DNA from: Aliivibrio fischeri ES114
GTDB taxonomy: Bacteria > Pseudomonadota > Gammaproteobacteria > Enterobacterales > Vibrionaceae
Assembly: GCF_000011805.1 (NCBI RefSeq)
Contig: NC_006841.2
Length of the DNA: 32,000 nt
Direction: 5' to 3' (one strand)
Of the stretch, positions 1 to 8,964 are shown in pieces. How positions within the stretch are numbered: the stretch's first letter is position 1; every line of letters begins with the position of its first letter. The translations under genes were made by a program, and so were the position numbers. The notes under the pieces were generated by a model. That model saw nothing but the letters and a program-made list of their open reading frames with translations. It made no database searches and had not been told where the DNA came from.

Positions 1-11
1 ACATAACAGCA

Positions 12-251
12 ATGGTACGCTTTAGTTATACCGAAAATAGACAAATTACTATCGAAAAATTCGAAAATATAACTGTAATAGAGTCGATAACGACAAAAGA
101 TTTCGACTTCAAAGATGCTGCCAAAGGAGTTTTATTCCTAGGAGAGCGTATTTCCATCGAAATCGTCAATAAAGACTCTGCTGCCATTTTATACCCAAAA
201 GCTTTCAACAAGCTTGGGCACTTTAATCAATTTACACTTAAGTTAACTTAA
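12..251 (+). CDS. hypothetical protein in partial cassette, oriented against the array; may extend upstream of the window
   Basis: 79-aa ORF; frame is open to the window start; ends 7 bp before attC-1. Confidence 0.4.
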   Translation: MVRFSYTENRQITIEKFENITVIESITTKDFDFKDAAKGVLFLGERISIEIVNKDSAAILYPKAFNKLGHFNQFTLKLT

Positions 252-257
252 TAGGGC

Positions 258-379
258 TAACGCCTGCATAACACGTTTGCTACCATGCAGATTAAGCTTA
301 AATTTACCACTTAACACGGTAAACTAAAAGAAACCTAGAATGCCGAATGTAGCAAATCGTGTTGATGCATTTGTTATAA
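258..379 (-). repeat. attC site 1 (long class)
   Basis: TAACGCCTGCATAACACGTTTGCTAC ... GTAGCAAATCGTGTTGATGCATTTGTTATAA: imperfect palindrome with core boxes at both ends. Confidence 0.93.
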
Positions 380-817
380 GCACATTCTTACACGGTTCAT
401 ATGAACAAATTGAGCATCTTCTGATGTTACTTGGAAACCAAATTTACGATATAAACCGCCTACCCGATTGCCTTGTAAATAACACAATTTCACTGGTTTA
501 TTTTCACTATCAGCAAACTCTAAACATTGGCTCAAAACCTGACTTCCTATTCCTTTTCCGTGAAAGCTTGGTAATAAAAAGAAACGGCAAAAATAAAAAT
601 GCTCACCTTTGTTTTGAAGCAAATAGCTACCTATTGCTTCACCTGACATTTCAATAATGGTTGGTTTTTCTTCATCCCATTCATCTTGATGCATTTCACG
701 TTGGATTTTATCGTCCCAACCAAACACAGCCTTAATTGGCTCAAATTCAGCTGCCTTTTTAAGTTCAAATAAGAACTCAAAATCACTATCTTTCGCTGAA
801 CGCGTAGAAAATTTCAA
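374..817 (-). CDS. GNAT family N-acetyltransferase
   Basis: 147 aa; FFLLPSFHGKGIGSQVLSQCLEFA matches the GNAT acetyl-CoA binding motif; stop lies in the attC R'' box. Confidence 0.85.
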   Translation of the reverse strand: MKFSTRSAKDSDFEFLFELKKAAEFEPIKAVFGWDDKIQREMHQDEWDEEKPTIIEMSGEAIGSYLLQNKGEHFYFCRFFLLPSFHGKGIGSQVLSQCLEFADSENKPVKLCYLQGNRVGGLYRKFGFQVTSEDAQFVHMNRVRMCL

Positions 818-860
818 ACCTTTACCTCTGGCTCAAATAACCTTAATAAATCGGTGCTTA

Positions 861-964
861 TAACGCCACAATAACACGTGCGAACACCTTACTTTCCAAA
901 CCAATTAAACTTCAAACCACAAACGCCGAGTGTAATTAGCATCGTGTTGATTGCTTTGTTATGC
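861..964 (-). repeat. attC site 2 (short class)
   Basis: TAACGCCACAATAACACGTGCGAAC ... TAGCATCGTGTTGATTGCTTTGTTATGC. Confidence 0.9.
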
Positions 965-1417
965 GCGCTTACTTAAGTAAACCCTGACAAACCCAAATTC
1001 TTCGTCCTTTTCTTCCCTATCAATTACCCAAGCATTTTTTAGATAAAACTTAATGGCTTGTTCATTACCTTTGAAAGTTTCAAGGCGATAAGTTTGGTGA
1101 CCTAATAGTGTCATTTTATTTTCAACATGTTTAAGAAGATTAGAACCTAGACCAGAACGCTGAATTTGAGGAGAAACCATTAAGATATGCACGAAGTCAT
1201 TTTCAAATGCACAATAACCTTGAATTTGGTTATTTAATTCAAGTACAACACAGTTTGACAGTTGTTTTTCAATTTCCTTATCTGACTCACCACTGTTAAT
1301 AAACCAATCAACACCCTCATCACCCAAGAAAGAACGATAACAAGTATTAATCGTGTCTCTAGCTAATTCTTGGATCGACGTTAAGTCAGTCCCCTGAGCT
1401 TTTCTAATATTTGCCAT
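959..1417 (-). CDS. GNAT family N-acetyltransferase
   Basis: 152 aa; HILMVSPQIQRSGLGSNLLKHVE GNAT motif. Confidence 0.88.
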   Translation of the reverse strand: MANIRKAQGTDLTSIQELARDTINTCYRSFLGDEGVDWFINSGESDKEIEKQLSNCVVLELNNQIQGYCAFENDFVHILMVSPQIQRSGLGSNLLKHVENKMTLLGHQTYRLETFKGNEQAIKFYLKNAWVIDREEKDEEFGFVRVYLSKRA

Positions 1418-1440
1418 ATAACCTTTCCTTTTTTAGCACA

Positions 1441-1562
1441 TAACGCCTGCATAACACGTTTACTACTATGCAATTATACTCAATATTGACGCCTTAAAAC
1501 GAGAAACACCCGACAACCTGAGATGCCGAGTGTAGTAAATCGTGTTGATGCATTTGTTAACA
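1441..1562 (-). repeat. attC site 3 (long class)
   Basis: TAACGCCTGCATAACACGTTTACTAC ... GTAGTAAATCGTGTTGATGCATTTGTTAACA. Confidence 0.92.
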
Positions 1563-1571
1563 AGCAATTAT

Positions 1572-2393
1572 CTACCTAGCTTTATAAGCTATTAAAGCTT
1601 GCTGCAACCAAGAATCTTGTTCCTTGATATTTTTAATCACCCAATTAATGAATTTAGCTGAATACCTGTGAATATCAGTATAATTATGATACTCAGAATT
1701 ATTATTTGCTTTAATTTTATGTTTATAACAGATAGCTTGAAAAGAGTGTTGATTTAATACTACCTTTGATTGCTCTCTATTCATTTGTTCAATAGCAGCC
1801 TTTGTTGTAAAAGGATGCGTTGTATTTAAATCTTTAGCTTGAGTGATAATAACTGCTTGTTGACCATTATCACCAACACTCAGAGTTAAATCGGCCTGAC
1901 TTGGATTTTTTGTTAAAGCTAATTTATAGTCAATTGAGATAGAGTATTTATCTGAGCCAATCTCTTTACTTGTACTTTCAAATTGCTTTAAAAAGTTAGT
2001 AACCTCTACAGCTGTTATATCACCATATGATTCTTTTATGATACCGATTTCAGGATCAGGGCCATCTAACACCAAACTTAACATGCCAACACTCTGGCCA
2101 GCTAAAGGAGAATTCCCCATTTGATTTCGATAACGTTCTTGATAATTTAAAACGTTGGCTTGAAATAATCTTGAAAGTTGAGGCTGTAATTCTGGAATCA
2201 GAAGGTGTGTCGCATGATCTCGTAGCTGTATTAGTGTCTCTATATTTAATTTTACAGGATCATTATTTTGCAACCTCAATGGTAAAGAATCAGATATCGA
2301 AATACTTTTCCCATTTTTATAAAATACTTTCTCCTCACCTAAAGCTTCCAAAATCTCAGCTTTCAAAAATAACTCCCAAGCGTTTACCATCAT
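1572..2393 (-). CDS. DUF3644-like protein with HEPN-like Rx4H motif
   Basis: 273 aa; N-terminal VNAWELFLKAEIL and LIQLRDHATHLLI (R-D-x3-H) resemble DUF3644/HEPN proteins; family assigned from memory. Confidence 0.65.
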   Translation of the reverse strand: MMVNAWELFLKAEILEALGEEKVFYKNGKSISISDSLPLRLQNNDPVKLNIETLIQLRDHATHLLIPELQPQLSRLFQANVLNYQERYRNQMGNSPLAGQSVGMLSLVLDGPDPEIGIIKESYGDITAVEVTNFLKQFESTSKEIGSDKYSISIDYKLALTKNPSQADLTLSVGDNGQQAVIITQAKDLNTTHPFTTKAAIEQMNREQSKVVLNQHSFQAICYKHKIKANNNSEYHNYTDIHRYSAKFINWVIKNIKEQDSWLQQALIAYKAR

Positions 2394-2405
2394 AATAGTA
2401 AATGC

Positions 2406-2777
2406 CTAAACCCTATAACATAGACTAGGTCGGTTATACATTTCTAAAGCTAATGTAAATGCATCTAAACTTCTTTTTATCAACTTCTGATACATTTTCT
2501 CATTTGGCGATAATTTACGCGCAGAAGTACTTTGTGACATTAAGCGAATAAATTCATCATTAGAAACTTTAGAAAGTCCTTCTGATACCCATCCTCCATG
2601 TTCAGATTTAAAAATATAGGAACCTTTTAATTTCTCACTTATATATTTCCCAACACTTTTAGGGTTGTAACCTGTTGCTATTGCCGCATCTTGATATGTA
2701 AAGCTTTGCGCTTTATCTTCTTGTTCTCGAAAAAAGTCGAGCAAAAGTATTCTTTTATCTTTTCTAGCCATAATCAA
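2406..2777 (-). CDS. small winged-helix-like protein, upstream partner of the DUF3644-like gene
   Basis: 123 aa; TYQDAAIATGYNPKSVGKYISEKLKG...GGWVSEG looks HTH-like; 12 bp upstream of 1572-2393 in the same cassette. Confidence 0.6.
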   Translation of the reverse strand: MIMARKDKRILLLDFFREQEDKAQSFTYQDAAIATGYNPKSVGKYISEKLKGSYIFKSEHGGWVSEGLSKVSNDEFIRLMSQSTSARKLSPNEKMYQKLIKRSLDAFTLALEMYNRPSLCYRV

Positions 2778-2797
2778 TATACCCTACTATTGCTTGT

Positions 2798-2920
2798 TAA
2801 CGCTTGCATAACACGTTTATTACCATGCCAACCAACCTGAATTTTAGCGCCTTAATCACGAAACCCAAGACAAACCCAGAACGCCGAATGTAATAAATCG
2901 TGTTGATGCGATTGTTAAAT
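2798..2920 (-). repeat. attC site 4 (long class)
   Basis: TAACGCTTGCATAACACGTTTATTAC ... GTAATAAATCGTGTTGATGCGATTGTTAAAT. Confidence 0.92.
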
Positions 2921-2926
2921 GAACTC

Positions 2927-3241
2927 TTACTGCAAACCACGGTCATTGAGAACAAATTGGCGTAACTCGCGCTCTTCCCTCATGACATAAAGAATATATA
3001 CAATATCATCGTTGGTTACTTTGTAAAAAATACGGCATGGTGGCAATACAATTTCACGATAATCTAAATGAGGAAGCTCAGGAACACTACGGCCTGATAA
3101 TGGAAAATCCTCTAAACGCTCAACACGATGGAAAACTGATTGAACTAACGCCTTAGCCGCTAAGATATTATTAATAGCGATATATTCTGCAATTTCGTCC
3201 AAATCTAATAATGCTGATTCAGTCCAATTAATTACAGCCAT
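2927..3241 (-). CDS. type II toxin, RelE/ParE family
   Basis: 104 aa; WTESALLDLDEIAEYIA...FPLSGRSVPEL...YREIVLPPCRIFYKV...ILYVMREERE is ParE-like. Confidence 0.9.
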   Translation of the reverse strand: MAVINWTESALLDLDEIAEYIAINNILAAKALVQSVFHRVERLEDFPLSGRSVPELPHLDYREIVLPPCRIFYKVTNDDIVYILYVMREERELRQFVLNDRGLQ

Positions 3242-3486
3242 TTATTCATCTTCTCTTTTGCGGCTTCATGAGAAACTACACGATTATCTGAAATTGCTTT
3301 TTCACCGCGAGCAATACCTTCAAGAATAGCAATTCGTTTTTGCATAAACTCGTAATCATCAACATCTAACAAATAAGCAGACGGTTGACCGTGCTCTGTA
3401 ATTAACACTGGTTCTTTTGAAGCATGAAGCTCAGAAAGAATCTTGGTTGCTTGACGTTTTAATGTAGTGACTAATTCAACTTTCAT
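3232..3486 (-). CDS. type II antitoxin, Phd/YefM family
   Basis: 84 aa; TTLKRQATKILSELHASKEPVLITEHGQPSAYLLDVDDYE; overlaps the toxin ORF by 10 bp. Confidence 0.9.
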   Translation of the reverse strand: MKVELVTTLKRQATKILSELHASKEPVLITEHGQPSAYLLDVDDYEFMQKRIAILEGIARGEKAISDNRVVSHEAAKEKMNKWL

Positions 3487-3558
3487 ATTCAGTTTCCATT
3501 ATCGAAAGAACAAAGTATCACTATTGTATCACTTAATTAGCCATTGAGACAGTTCATT

Positions 3559-3663
3559 TAACGCTTGCATAACACGTGCTAACGACCAACTTTACCAAAC
3601 CAATTACACTTCAAACCAAAAACGCCGAATGTTATAAGCATCGTGTTGATGCGATTGTTGTGC
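3559..3663 (-). repeat. attC site 5 (short class)
   Basis: TAACGCTTGCATAACACGTGCTAAC ... GTTATAAGCATCGTGTTGATGCGATTGTTGTGC. Confidence 0.88.
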
Positions 3664-4118
3664 GGACTTACTTTCGGCTTAGCTAACTTGGTAAAGAACT
3701 GCTCCACCAAGATTTTCTAAGCCCTGATTTTAATTTAACGATGCCGATTAAGCGAACAAAATGTTCTTAAATTGCGAGATAAAGTAAATGGAAAACAGAT
3801 ACATTTTTTACGCCATTTGAACGACTTGGGTTCAGCTAGTTTGGAACTAAAAAACCAAATATATTAGCCACAACTGGGATTGAAAATATTGCGAGGCAAA
3901 CACTAATGCAGGCTAAAATGAGGCAACACTAAAGAACCATTGAAGCGTAAAATAGCCTCTGAAACGCCTGAATTTAGCCCGACAATGCTTAATTGCCGAA
4001 CCTGATGAAAAGAACACTAAAAGGCAACAAAGAAGAGGATTTGTGATAGCTAAATAGCGTTTAAAAATGTCTCATTTCTATTGAGAAACCGTGCAAAAAT
4101 TTTCGGACTCAGTACGCA
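3664..4118 (-). other. ORF-less cassette body, family NC copy 1
   Basis: No ORF in the track; shares long blocks with 8965-9422 and 11904-12360. Confidence 0.85.
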
Positions 4119-4239
4119 CAACGCCTGCATAACACGTTTGCTACTATGCAGATTAAGCCAAATTTACCACTTAATAAGGTAAACTCAAAGAAACCCAGAA
4201 TGCCGAATGTAGCAAATCGTGTTGATGCATTTGTTAAAT
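4119..4239 (-). repeat. attC site 6 (long class)
   Basis: CAACGCCTGCATAACACGTTTGCTAC ... GTAGCAAATCGTGTTGATGCATTTGTTAAAT. Confidence 0.92.
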
Positions 4240-4330
4240 GCCACTTACCATTAGATTATTGTTAGCAACCATGGAGCTTTTATTTTACAATGACACTACG
4301 ACTATAGAGTTAACTAAAGGATTGATTATT

Positions 4331-5500
4331 ATGAATTATATAAAAATGAGAGATTTGAGAATTGATGGTGATAATTATTTGATGCAAGTAAAGATTAAGG
4401 ACTATCTAGATATATCTCGCCATATTTTAAAGAAAAATGAGTTTCAAAGACGACGAGTCAGAGCAGCAAAGAGCGTGTACTCTCTACTTAAAGAAGATCT
4501 TATTAAGGGTTGTGTTATCCCGCCAATATCTCTAGCACTAAATAAGACATCGGAAACATTTGAGTCCCAACTTAATGATGGCATATCAGGTGCACTATTA
4601 ACTAATGTGGATAACTTATTAATACTTGATGGATTGCAAAGAACATATTCTTTGATAGACATCGAAAAAGATTTACAAGCAGAGTATGGCTTAGAAAGTT
4701 CTGAGATTGAAAACTTTTACAACCACCAAATTCGATTAGAAATTTATTCCGGGTTAAACAAGATAGGCATTTTATATAGAATGCTAACGCTTAATACGGG
4801 GCAAACACCAATGTCATTAAGACAACAAGTTGAAATGCTATACCTTGATTATGCAGATATTGATATAGATGGTATCGAGATAGTAAAAGAATCGGAAAGT
4901 CGAAGCGCTACACAATACCATCAATATAACTTTAAAGAAATTGTTGAAGGTTTTAATTCTTACATTGAAAGAAACGAATTACCAATTGCTAGACAAGACA
5001 TTTTGGACAACATTAAAGGGCTAGAGAAATTAGCACACGAAAATAGTGGTGAAGATATTTTTAAAGAATACTTGGAATCACTTCACCACTTCATTGATAA
5101 ACTGAACAATTTGACCAATGGTTATGAACTTGATAGTGAATATTACGATATTTCATTCGGTGCCAGTACCACAAAAATATTCAAGAGATCTCAATCATTT
5201 ACTGGTTTTGGTGCTGCAATTGGAAAATTAAAAGACAATGGGAGTGTTTCTGGTCTTTCAGATGTCATACCTTTAATTGATCAGTTAAACTTAAGCGCTG
5301 ATGACTCAGAAGAACTTTTAAGTAAATTGAATGACAATTTTAATTGGATAAAAGATCATTCTAGCAAAATTGGTAACGCGCAAAGAAACTATTTACACTT
5401 TTTCTATAGAGAGTTATTCAATCAAGACAGTGAATCTTACCTAGACCTACTAAAATCAGCGACCACAGCATTTAACCGATATAACAGCCTGTATAACTAG
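4331..5500 (+). CDS. ParB/DndB/DUF262-like protein with DGQQR-like motif
   Basis: Track ORF starts at 4238; in-frame ATG at 4331 is preceded by AAAGG. Contains NLLILDGLQRTYSLIDIE and LTLNTGQTPMSLRQQVEML. Confidence 0.6.
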   Translation: MNYIKMRDLRIDGDNYLMQVKIKDYLDISRHILKKNEFQRRRVRAAKSVYSLLKEDLIKGCVIPPISLALNKTSETFESQLNDGISGALLTNVDNLLILDGLQRTYSLIDIEKDLQAEYGLESSEIENFYNHQIRLEIYSGLNKIGILYRMLTLNTGQTPMSLRQQVEMLYLDYADIDIDGIEIVKESESRSATQYHQYNFKEIVEGFNSYIERNELPIARQDILDNIKGLEKLAHENSGEDIFKEYLESLHHFIDKLNNLTNGYELDSEYYDISFGASTTKIFKRSQSFTGFGAAIGKLKDNGSVSGLSDVIPLIDQLNLSADDSEELLSKLNDNFNWIKDHSSKIGNAQRNYLHFFYRELFNQDSESYLDLLKSATTAFNRYNSLYN

Positions 5501-5516
5501 TGTAAGGTTTTTATAT

Positions 5517-6542
5517 ATGAATTATGTATCAGGTGAAGGCTATGAAGTTGGAGAGACATTATTTTCAACAGATATAAAGCTTTCCCCTTGCTCTGACTTT
5601 AAAAACTTTACAATATTTAGAGCCTATTGTAGAAAGTTTAATGAAATTGATATAAAGCAAATTAAGATTGATGATGACGATTGTGGTTTTTTGATTCCAT
5701 CATTTAGTTTACTTTCTCAAGATCATGACTACTCTTCTAAAGGAAATTTTCAAGTATTTAGTGATGCTATTATAAAGTGGCACCTTAGCAACTTAGATAC
5801 AGAAAACCTTAAAAGTGAAGTTCCACTAGATAGTTTTTTTAATGAAAACCTCGGTTTTATTGCTATATCCAATCGCAATTATTCCAACTCTAAAGATAAG
5901 GAGCGAAAGATATTCTTTGAGTTGATTAACGCTGGCATTTATGTCGATATTTTACATAAAAGCCCTAGCTTTTATACAGAAAACCCTTTGTTCCCTAATA
6001 AAAATCTACCTAGCACTAAGAGGATTACATTTAAGACGACATCTAATAAGGCGATATTAGATGAGTTTATCTGTGACATTTTCAATTCGATTATTTTTAA
6101 TGAAACTGACCACTTTTTACAATTTTTCTATTTATATCAAGTTGTAGAAACTCTTATTGAATTTGTCATGTCACAGGAATACTCTAAAGTTATGACCAAA
6201 ATTAATGATCTTGGGGGAGGTGTTTCTACTCAACAATTAAAGAAGTTAGTAGAAACATTGAACGAAAGTGTGCAGGAAAGAAAGAGAATTAACAAATTGT
6301 GCAATGAATACACTGACACCTATAATGACAGTTTCAATATTCAACAGAGCCTATTTGATTTCATTAAGCAAAATTTAAACTCTGATTTTGAAGTAAATAA
6401 TGATATCGGATCATGTATTTATGAGATAAGGAACAAGTCTTTTCACGAATTTAGAACGTTACGTAATGCCACAAAATTATCATCAATAACACCGCATGTT
6501 TTCGATTATATTCTGCACTTAATTACTAGCTACAAACATTAA
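5517..6542 (+). CDS. HEPN-like domain protein (C-terminal IYEIRNKSFHEFR)
   Basis: 341 aa, 16 bp after the previous ORF; FFYLYQVVETLIEFV helix and C-terminal R-N-x3-H motif fit a HEPN fold. Confidence 0.6.
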   Translation: MNYVSGEGYEVGETLFSTDIKLSPCSDFKNFTIFRAYCRKFNEIDIKQIKIDDDDCGFLIPSFSLLSQDHDYSSKGNFQVFSDAIIKWHLSNLDTENLKSEVPLDSFFNENLGFIAISNRNYSNSKDKERKIFFELINAGIYVDILHKSPSFYTENPLFPNKNLPSTKRITFKTTSNKAILDEFICDIFNSIIFNETDHFLQFFYLYQVVETLIEFVMSQEYSKVMTKINDLGGGVSTQQLKKLVETLNESVQERKRINKLCNEYTDTYNDSFNIQQSLFDFIKQNLNSDFEVNNDIGSCIYEIRNKSFHEFRTLRNATKLSSITPHVFDYILHLITSYKH

Positions 6543-6578
6543 AAACTAAATGCCACATTATCGAAAATATGTGGCATT

Positions 6579-6702
6579 TAACGCCTGCATAACACGTTTA
6601 TTACTATGACGACTTAGCAGAATTTTACTGCCTTAAACATCAAACTCAAAGACAAACCTACAATGCCGAATGTAATAAATCGTGTTGATTGCTTTGTTAA
6701 AT
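6579..6702 (-). repeat. attC site 7 (long class)
   Basis: TAACGCCTGCATAACACGTTTATTAC ... GTAATAAATCGTGTTGATTGCTTTGTTAAAT. Confidence 0.92.
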
Positions 6703-6707
6703 GCGAT

Positions 6708-7160
6708 TTAAAGTAATCTACAAACTAACCGCAACATATCTTTATGCTGAATACCATTTTCATAGATGTCTTCATCATAATTATCGAGAAAGAAATCTTT
6801 TACGATTGAGTCAACTCGAAACCCATGCCGTTGATAAAACGACAATTGATAGCCAAAAGTTCCCGTTCCTAGCTCTACGTTACTGTAGCCATTCAAAGCT
6901 AATTCGTTTAATACAAATTTGAGGAGATTTGAGCCAATACCTTTTTGCTGATATTCCGGAGCTATCGCAATATTGTAGATTTCGGCCACAGAAGAACTAA
7001 GCTGCTTACTAATACAAATACCGACTATTTCATGATTTTTAAAAGCACCGAAACAGTCAGAACCATTCAGATACTTATTAATGCATTCTTGAGATGGATC
7101 TGCTTCAAGTAATAATTTCATTGGGGCTAAATCTGATGATATTTTTTTAAACTCAATCAA
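6708..7160 (-). CDS. GNAT family N-acetyltransferase
   Basis: 150 aa; IAIAPEYQQKGIGSNLLKFVLNELALNGYSNVELGTG GNAT motif. Confidence 0.9.
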   Translation of the reverse strand: MIEFKKISSDLAPMKLLLEADPSQECINKYLNGSDCFGAFKNHEIVGICISKQLSSSVAEIYNIAIAPEYQQKGIGSNLLKFVLNELALNGYSNVELGTGTFGYQLSFYQRHGFRVDSIVKDFFLDNYDEDIYENGIQHKDMLRLVCRLL

Positions 7161-7191
7161 ACCATTTTCCTCTCAAAGTCTTTGAAGCATT

Positions 7192-7315
7192 TAACGCCTG
7201 CATAACACGTTTGCTACTATGCAGACCTAGCTGAATTTTACTGCCTTAATCACTGAAACTAAAGGCAAACCGACAACGCCGAATGTAGCAAATCGTGTTT
7301 ATGCATTTGTTATGT
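7192..7315 (-). repeat. attC site 8 (long class)
   Basis: TAACGCCTGCATAACACGTTTGCTAC ... GTAGCAAATCGTGTTTATGCATTTGTTATGT. Confidence 0.92.
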
Positions 7316-7801
7316 GCATTTCTCAAGTGAAGTCAGTTGTAAATAAGAACATTCTAATTTTTCAACAAAGGATTCGCTTATATCAGGAAATCCTTTAGTA
7401 AACTTCTCAACATATGACACTTTAAAAAGATCATATAAAAAGCTACTTTCTATTTTCGCAACATGAATTGGGGAATAAGGTCTAAAAGAAATAATAAAAT
7501 CATCAAGCTCATCGTCATCAATTAAGTTATATTGATCTCCAGTAATATCAATTACCATCCCCTCAATTTCTATCCAATAATGCGTTATAGAACAATTATC
7601 AGGACGAGCTCCTCCGACACCTATAATTTCAATATCAGGATAAAGTTTAAGAAAATGATACACAAGAATCATTGATGTCAATTTGCAGCTCATTACTGGA
7701 AAATCGTCTATTACCAACTCTGTTGCTTCAGGATCACATGATTGAATCAGTTTTCTAAACCTAATAGCTTCATTCAGTATTACATTCCGCTCTATACTCA
7801 C
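7310..7801 (-). CDS. cassette protein with cysteine-peptidase/transglutaminase-like signature
   Basis: Track ORF starts at 7819 inside attC; GGAGG followed by GTG at 7801 suggests the true start. FPVMSCKLTSMILVYHFL / ITHYWIEIEGMVIDITGDQ suggests Cys-His-Asp. Confidence 0.6.
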   Translation of the reverse strand: MSIERNVILNEAIRFRKLIQSCDPEATELVIDDFPVMSCKLTSMILVYHFLKLYPDIEIIGVGGARPDNCSITHYWIEIEGMVIDITGDQYNLIDDDELDDFIISFRPYSPIHVAKIESSFLYDLFKVSYVEKFTKGFPDISESFVEKLECSYLQLTSLEKCT

Positions 7802-7818
7802 ATTGCCTCCTTTGCACA

Positions 7819-7942
7819 TAACGCCTGCATAACACGTTTGCTACGATACAGACTTACCTGAATTTTACTGCCTTAATCACTGAAACTAAAGGCAAACTGA
7901 CAACGCCGAGTGTAGCAAATCGTGTTGATGCATTTGTTATAT
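7819..7942 (-). repeat. attC site 9 (long class)
   Basis: TAACGCCTGCATAACACGTTTGCTACGATACAG ... GTAGCAAATCGTGTTGATGCATTTGTTATAT. Confidence 0.92.
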
Positions 7943-8824
7943 TGCTGGTCTATGGTCTTCTTTGTTAGGAGGGATCATTGCTGATGTCCATTTTAATATT
8001 ACTGATAATCCATTCCAATTTCGCAGTCTTTCTTGATAAAGAAGTTCAGTAACATAATTACTTAATTTTTCGTCATCAAGCTCAGGGTTAAGATTATTTT
8101 CTTTAATAACATGAAATAATGCTGTCGCTCTTTTTTTACGAAACTTAACATCAGATTTATGAGAAAAAAGAGAAACCGCAGGCATAATAAACATACCTGT
8201 AACCACAACTACAATAAGAACAAAACTAAGCATAAACAACACTAACCAAGAAGTAGTTTTAATTGAATCTCGACTACTTGAAGGACTATTATCTATGTCA
8301 TATTCTCTAGTATCAATACCAATTGCAGACACTTTTACTTTGGGTTCTTCTGTTCCTTCAAAAAGAAGCCGCAATTGTAATCCCGGTTCAGGTCCATCAA
8401 CTCGATTAATTGCTTGAGCAATAAAATTGAAATAGTATTTGTTACCATCAAATACCATTTTCTTTGTTTGTATAACAGAGTCTGTCGTTTCGTGCTCACC
8501 TACTACCGCATGTGCTAATACCTTAAATTCTTTTACATTTTCTGGCTCTATAATTATAGTCACTGGCAGGTCAAGTAAATCTTTAGTCGAAAAGTTAACC
8601 AACGATACATACATGATGCCAATCTTTTCTTTTTCTGCATTATTAACGATTAGTCTTATTTCATCATCAGGAAACTTAGGCTTTGAGAAATAATTACTTT
8701 CAAATTTCTTATGGATATCTAATTTTGGAACTTTAACTTGCTCCAAATATAGTAAATAACCAATCACCGCAGTAAAAATTGCAGTTAAAGTACAAGAGAA
8801 AACGACTCTCCATATTCCATTCAT
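7937..8824 (-). CDS. hypothetical membrane protein with two predicted TM segments
   Basis: 295 aa; TM near the N terminus (VFSCTLTAIFTAVIGYLLYL) and around residue 215 (SWLVLFMLSFVLIVVVVTGMFIM). Confidence 0.75.
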   Translation of the reverse strand: MNGIWRVVFSCTLTAIFTAVIGYLLYLEQVKVPKLDIHKKFESNYFSKPKFPDDEIRLIVNNAEKEKIGIMYVSLVNFSTKDLLDLPVTIIIEPENVKEFKVLAHAVVGEHETTDSVIQTKKMVFDGNKYYFNFIAQAINRVDGPEPGLQLRLLFEGTEEPKVKVSAIGIDTREYDIDNSPSSSRDSIKTTSWLVLFMLSFVLIVVVVTGMFIMPAVSLFSHKSDVKFRKKRATALFHVIKENNLNPELDDEKLSNYVTELLYQERLRNWNGLSVILKWTSAMIPPNKEDHRPAI

Positions 8825-8860
8825 CGATTTTAAACTCCTTCTATAATCTCAAGAGCAATA

Positions 8861-8964
8861 TAACGCCACAATAACACGTGCGAAAGACTGACTTACAAAA
8901 CCAATTATACTCCAAACCGCGAATGCCGAATGTAAATAGCATCGTGTTGATTGCTTTGTTATAC
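8861..8964 (-). repeat. attC site 10 (short class)
   Basis: TAACGCCACAATAACACGTGCGAAAG ... TAGCATCGTGTTGATTGCTTTGTTATAC. Confidence 0.9.

Noticed and set aside
340-657. + strand ORFs beginning MPNVANRVDAFV (also 12920-13258, 14236-14523)
   Set aside because: Their N-termini are translations of the attC arm (AATGCCGAATGTAGCAAATCGTGTTGATGC), and the rest is antisense to real cassette genes.
2171-2395. + strand ORF of 74 aa
   Set aside because: Entirely antisense to the better supported DUF3644-like gene; no start-context or protein-like features.
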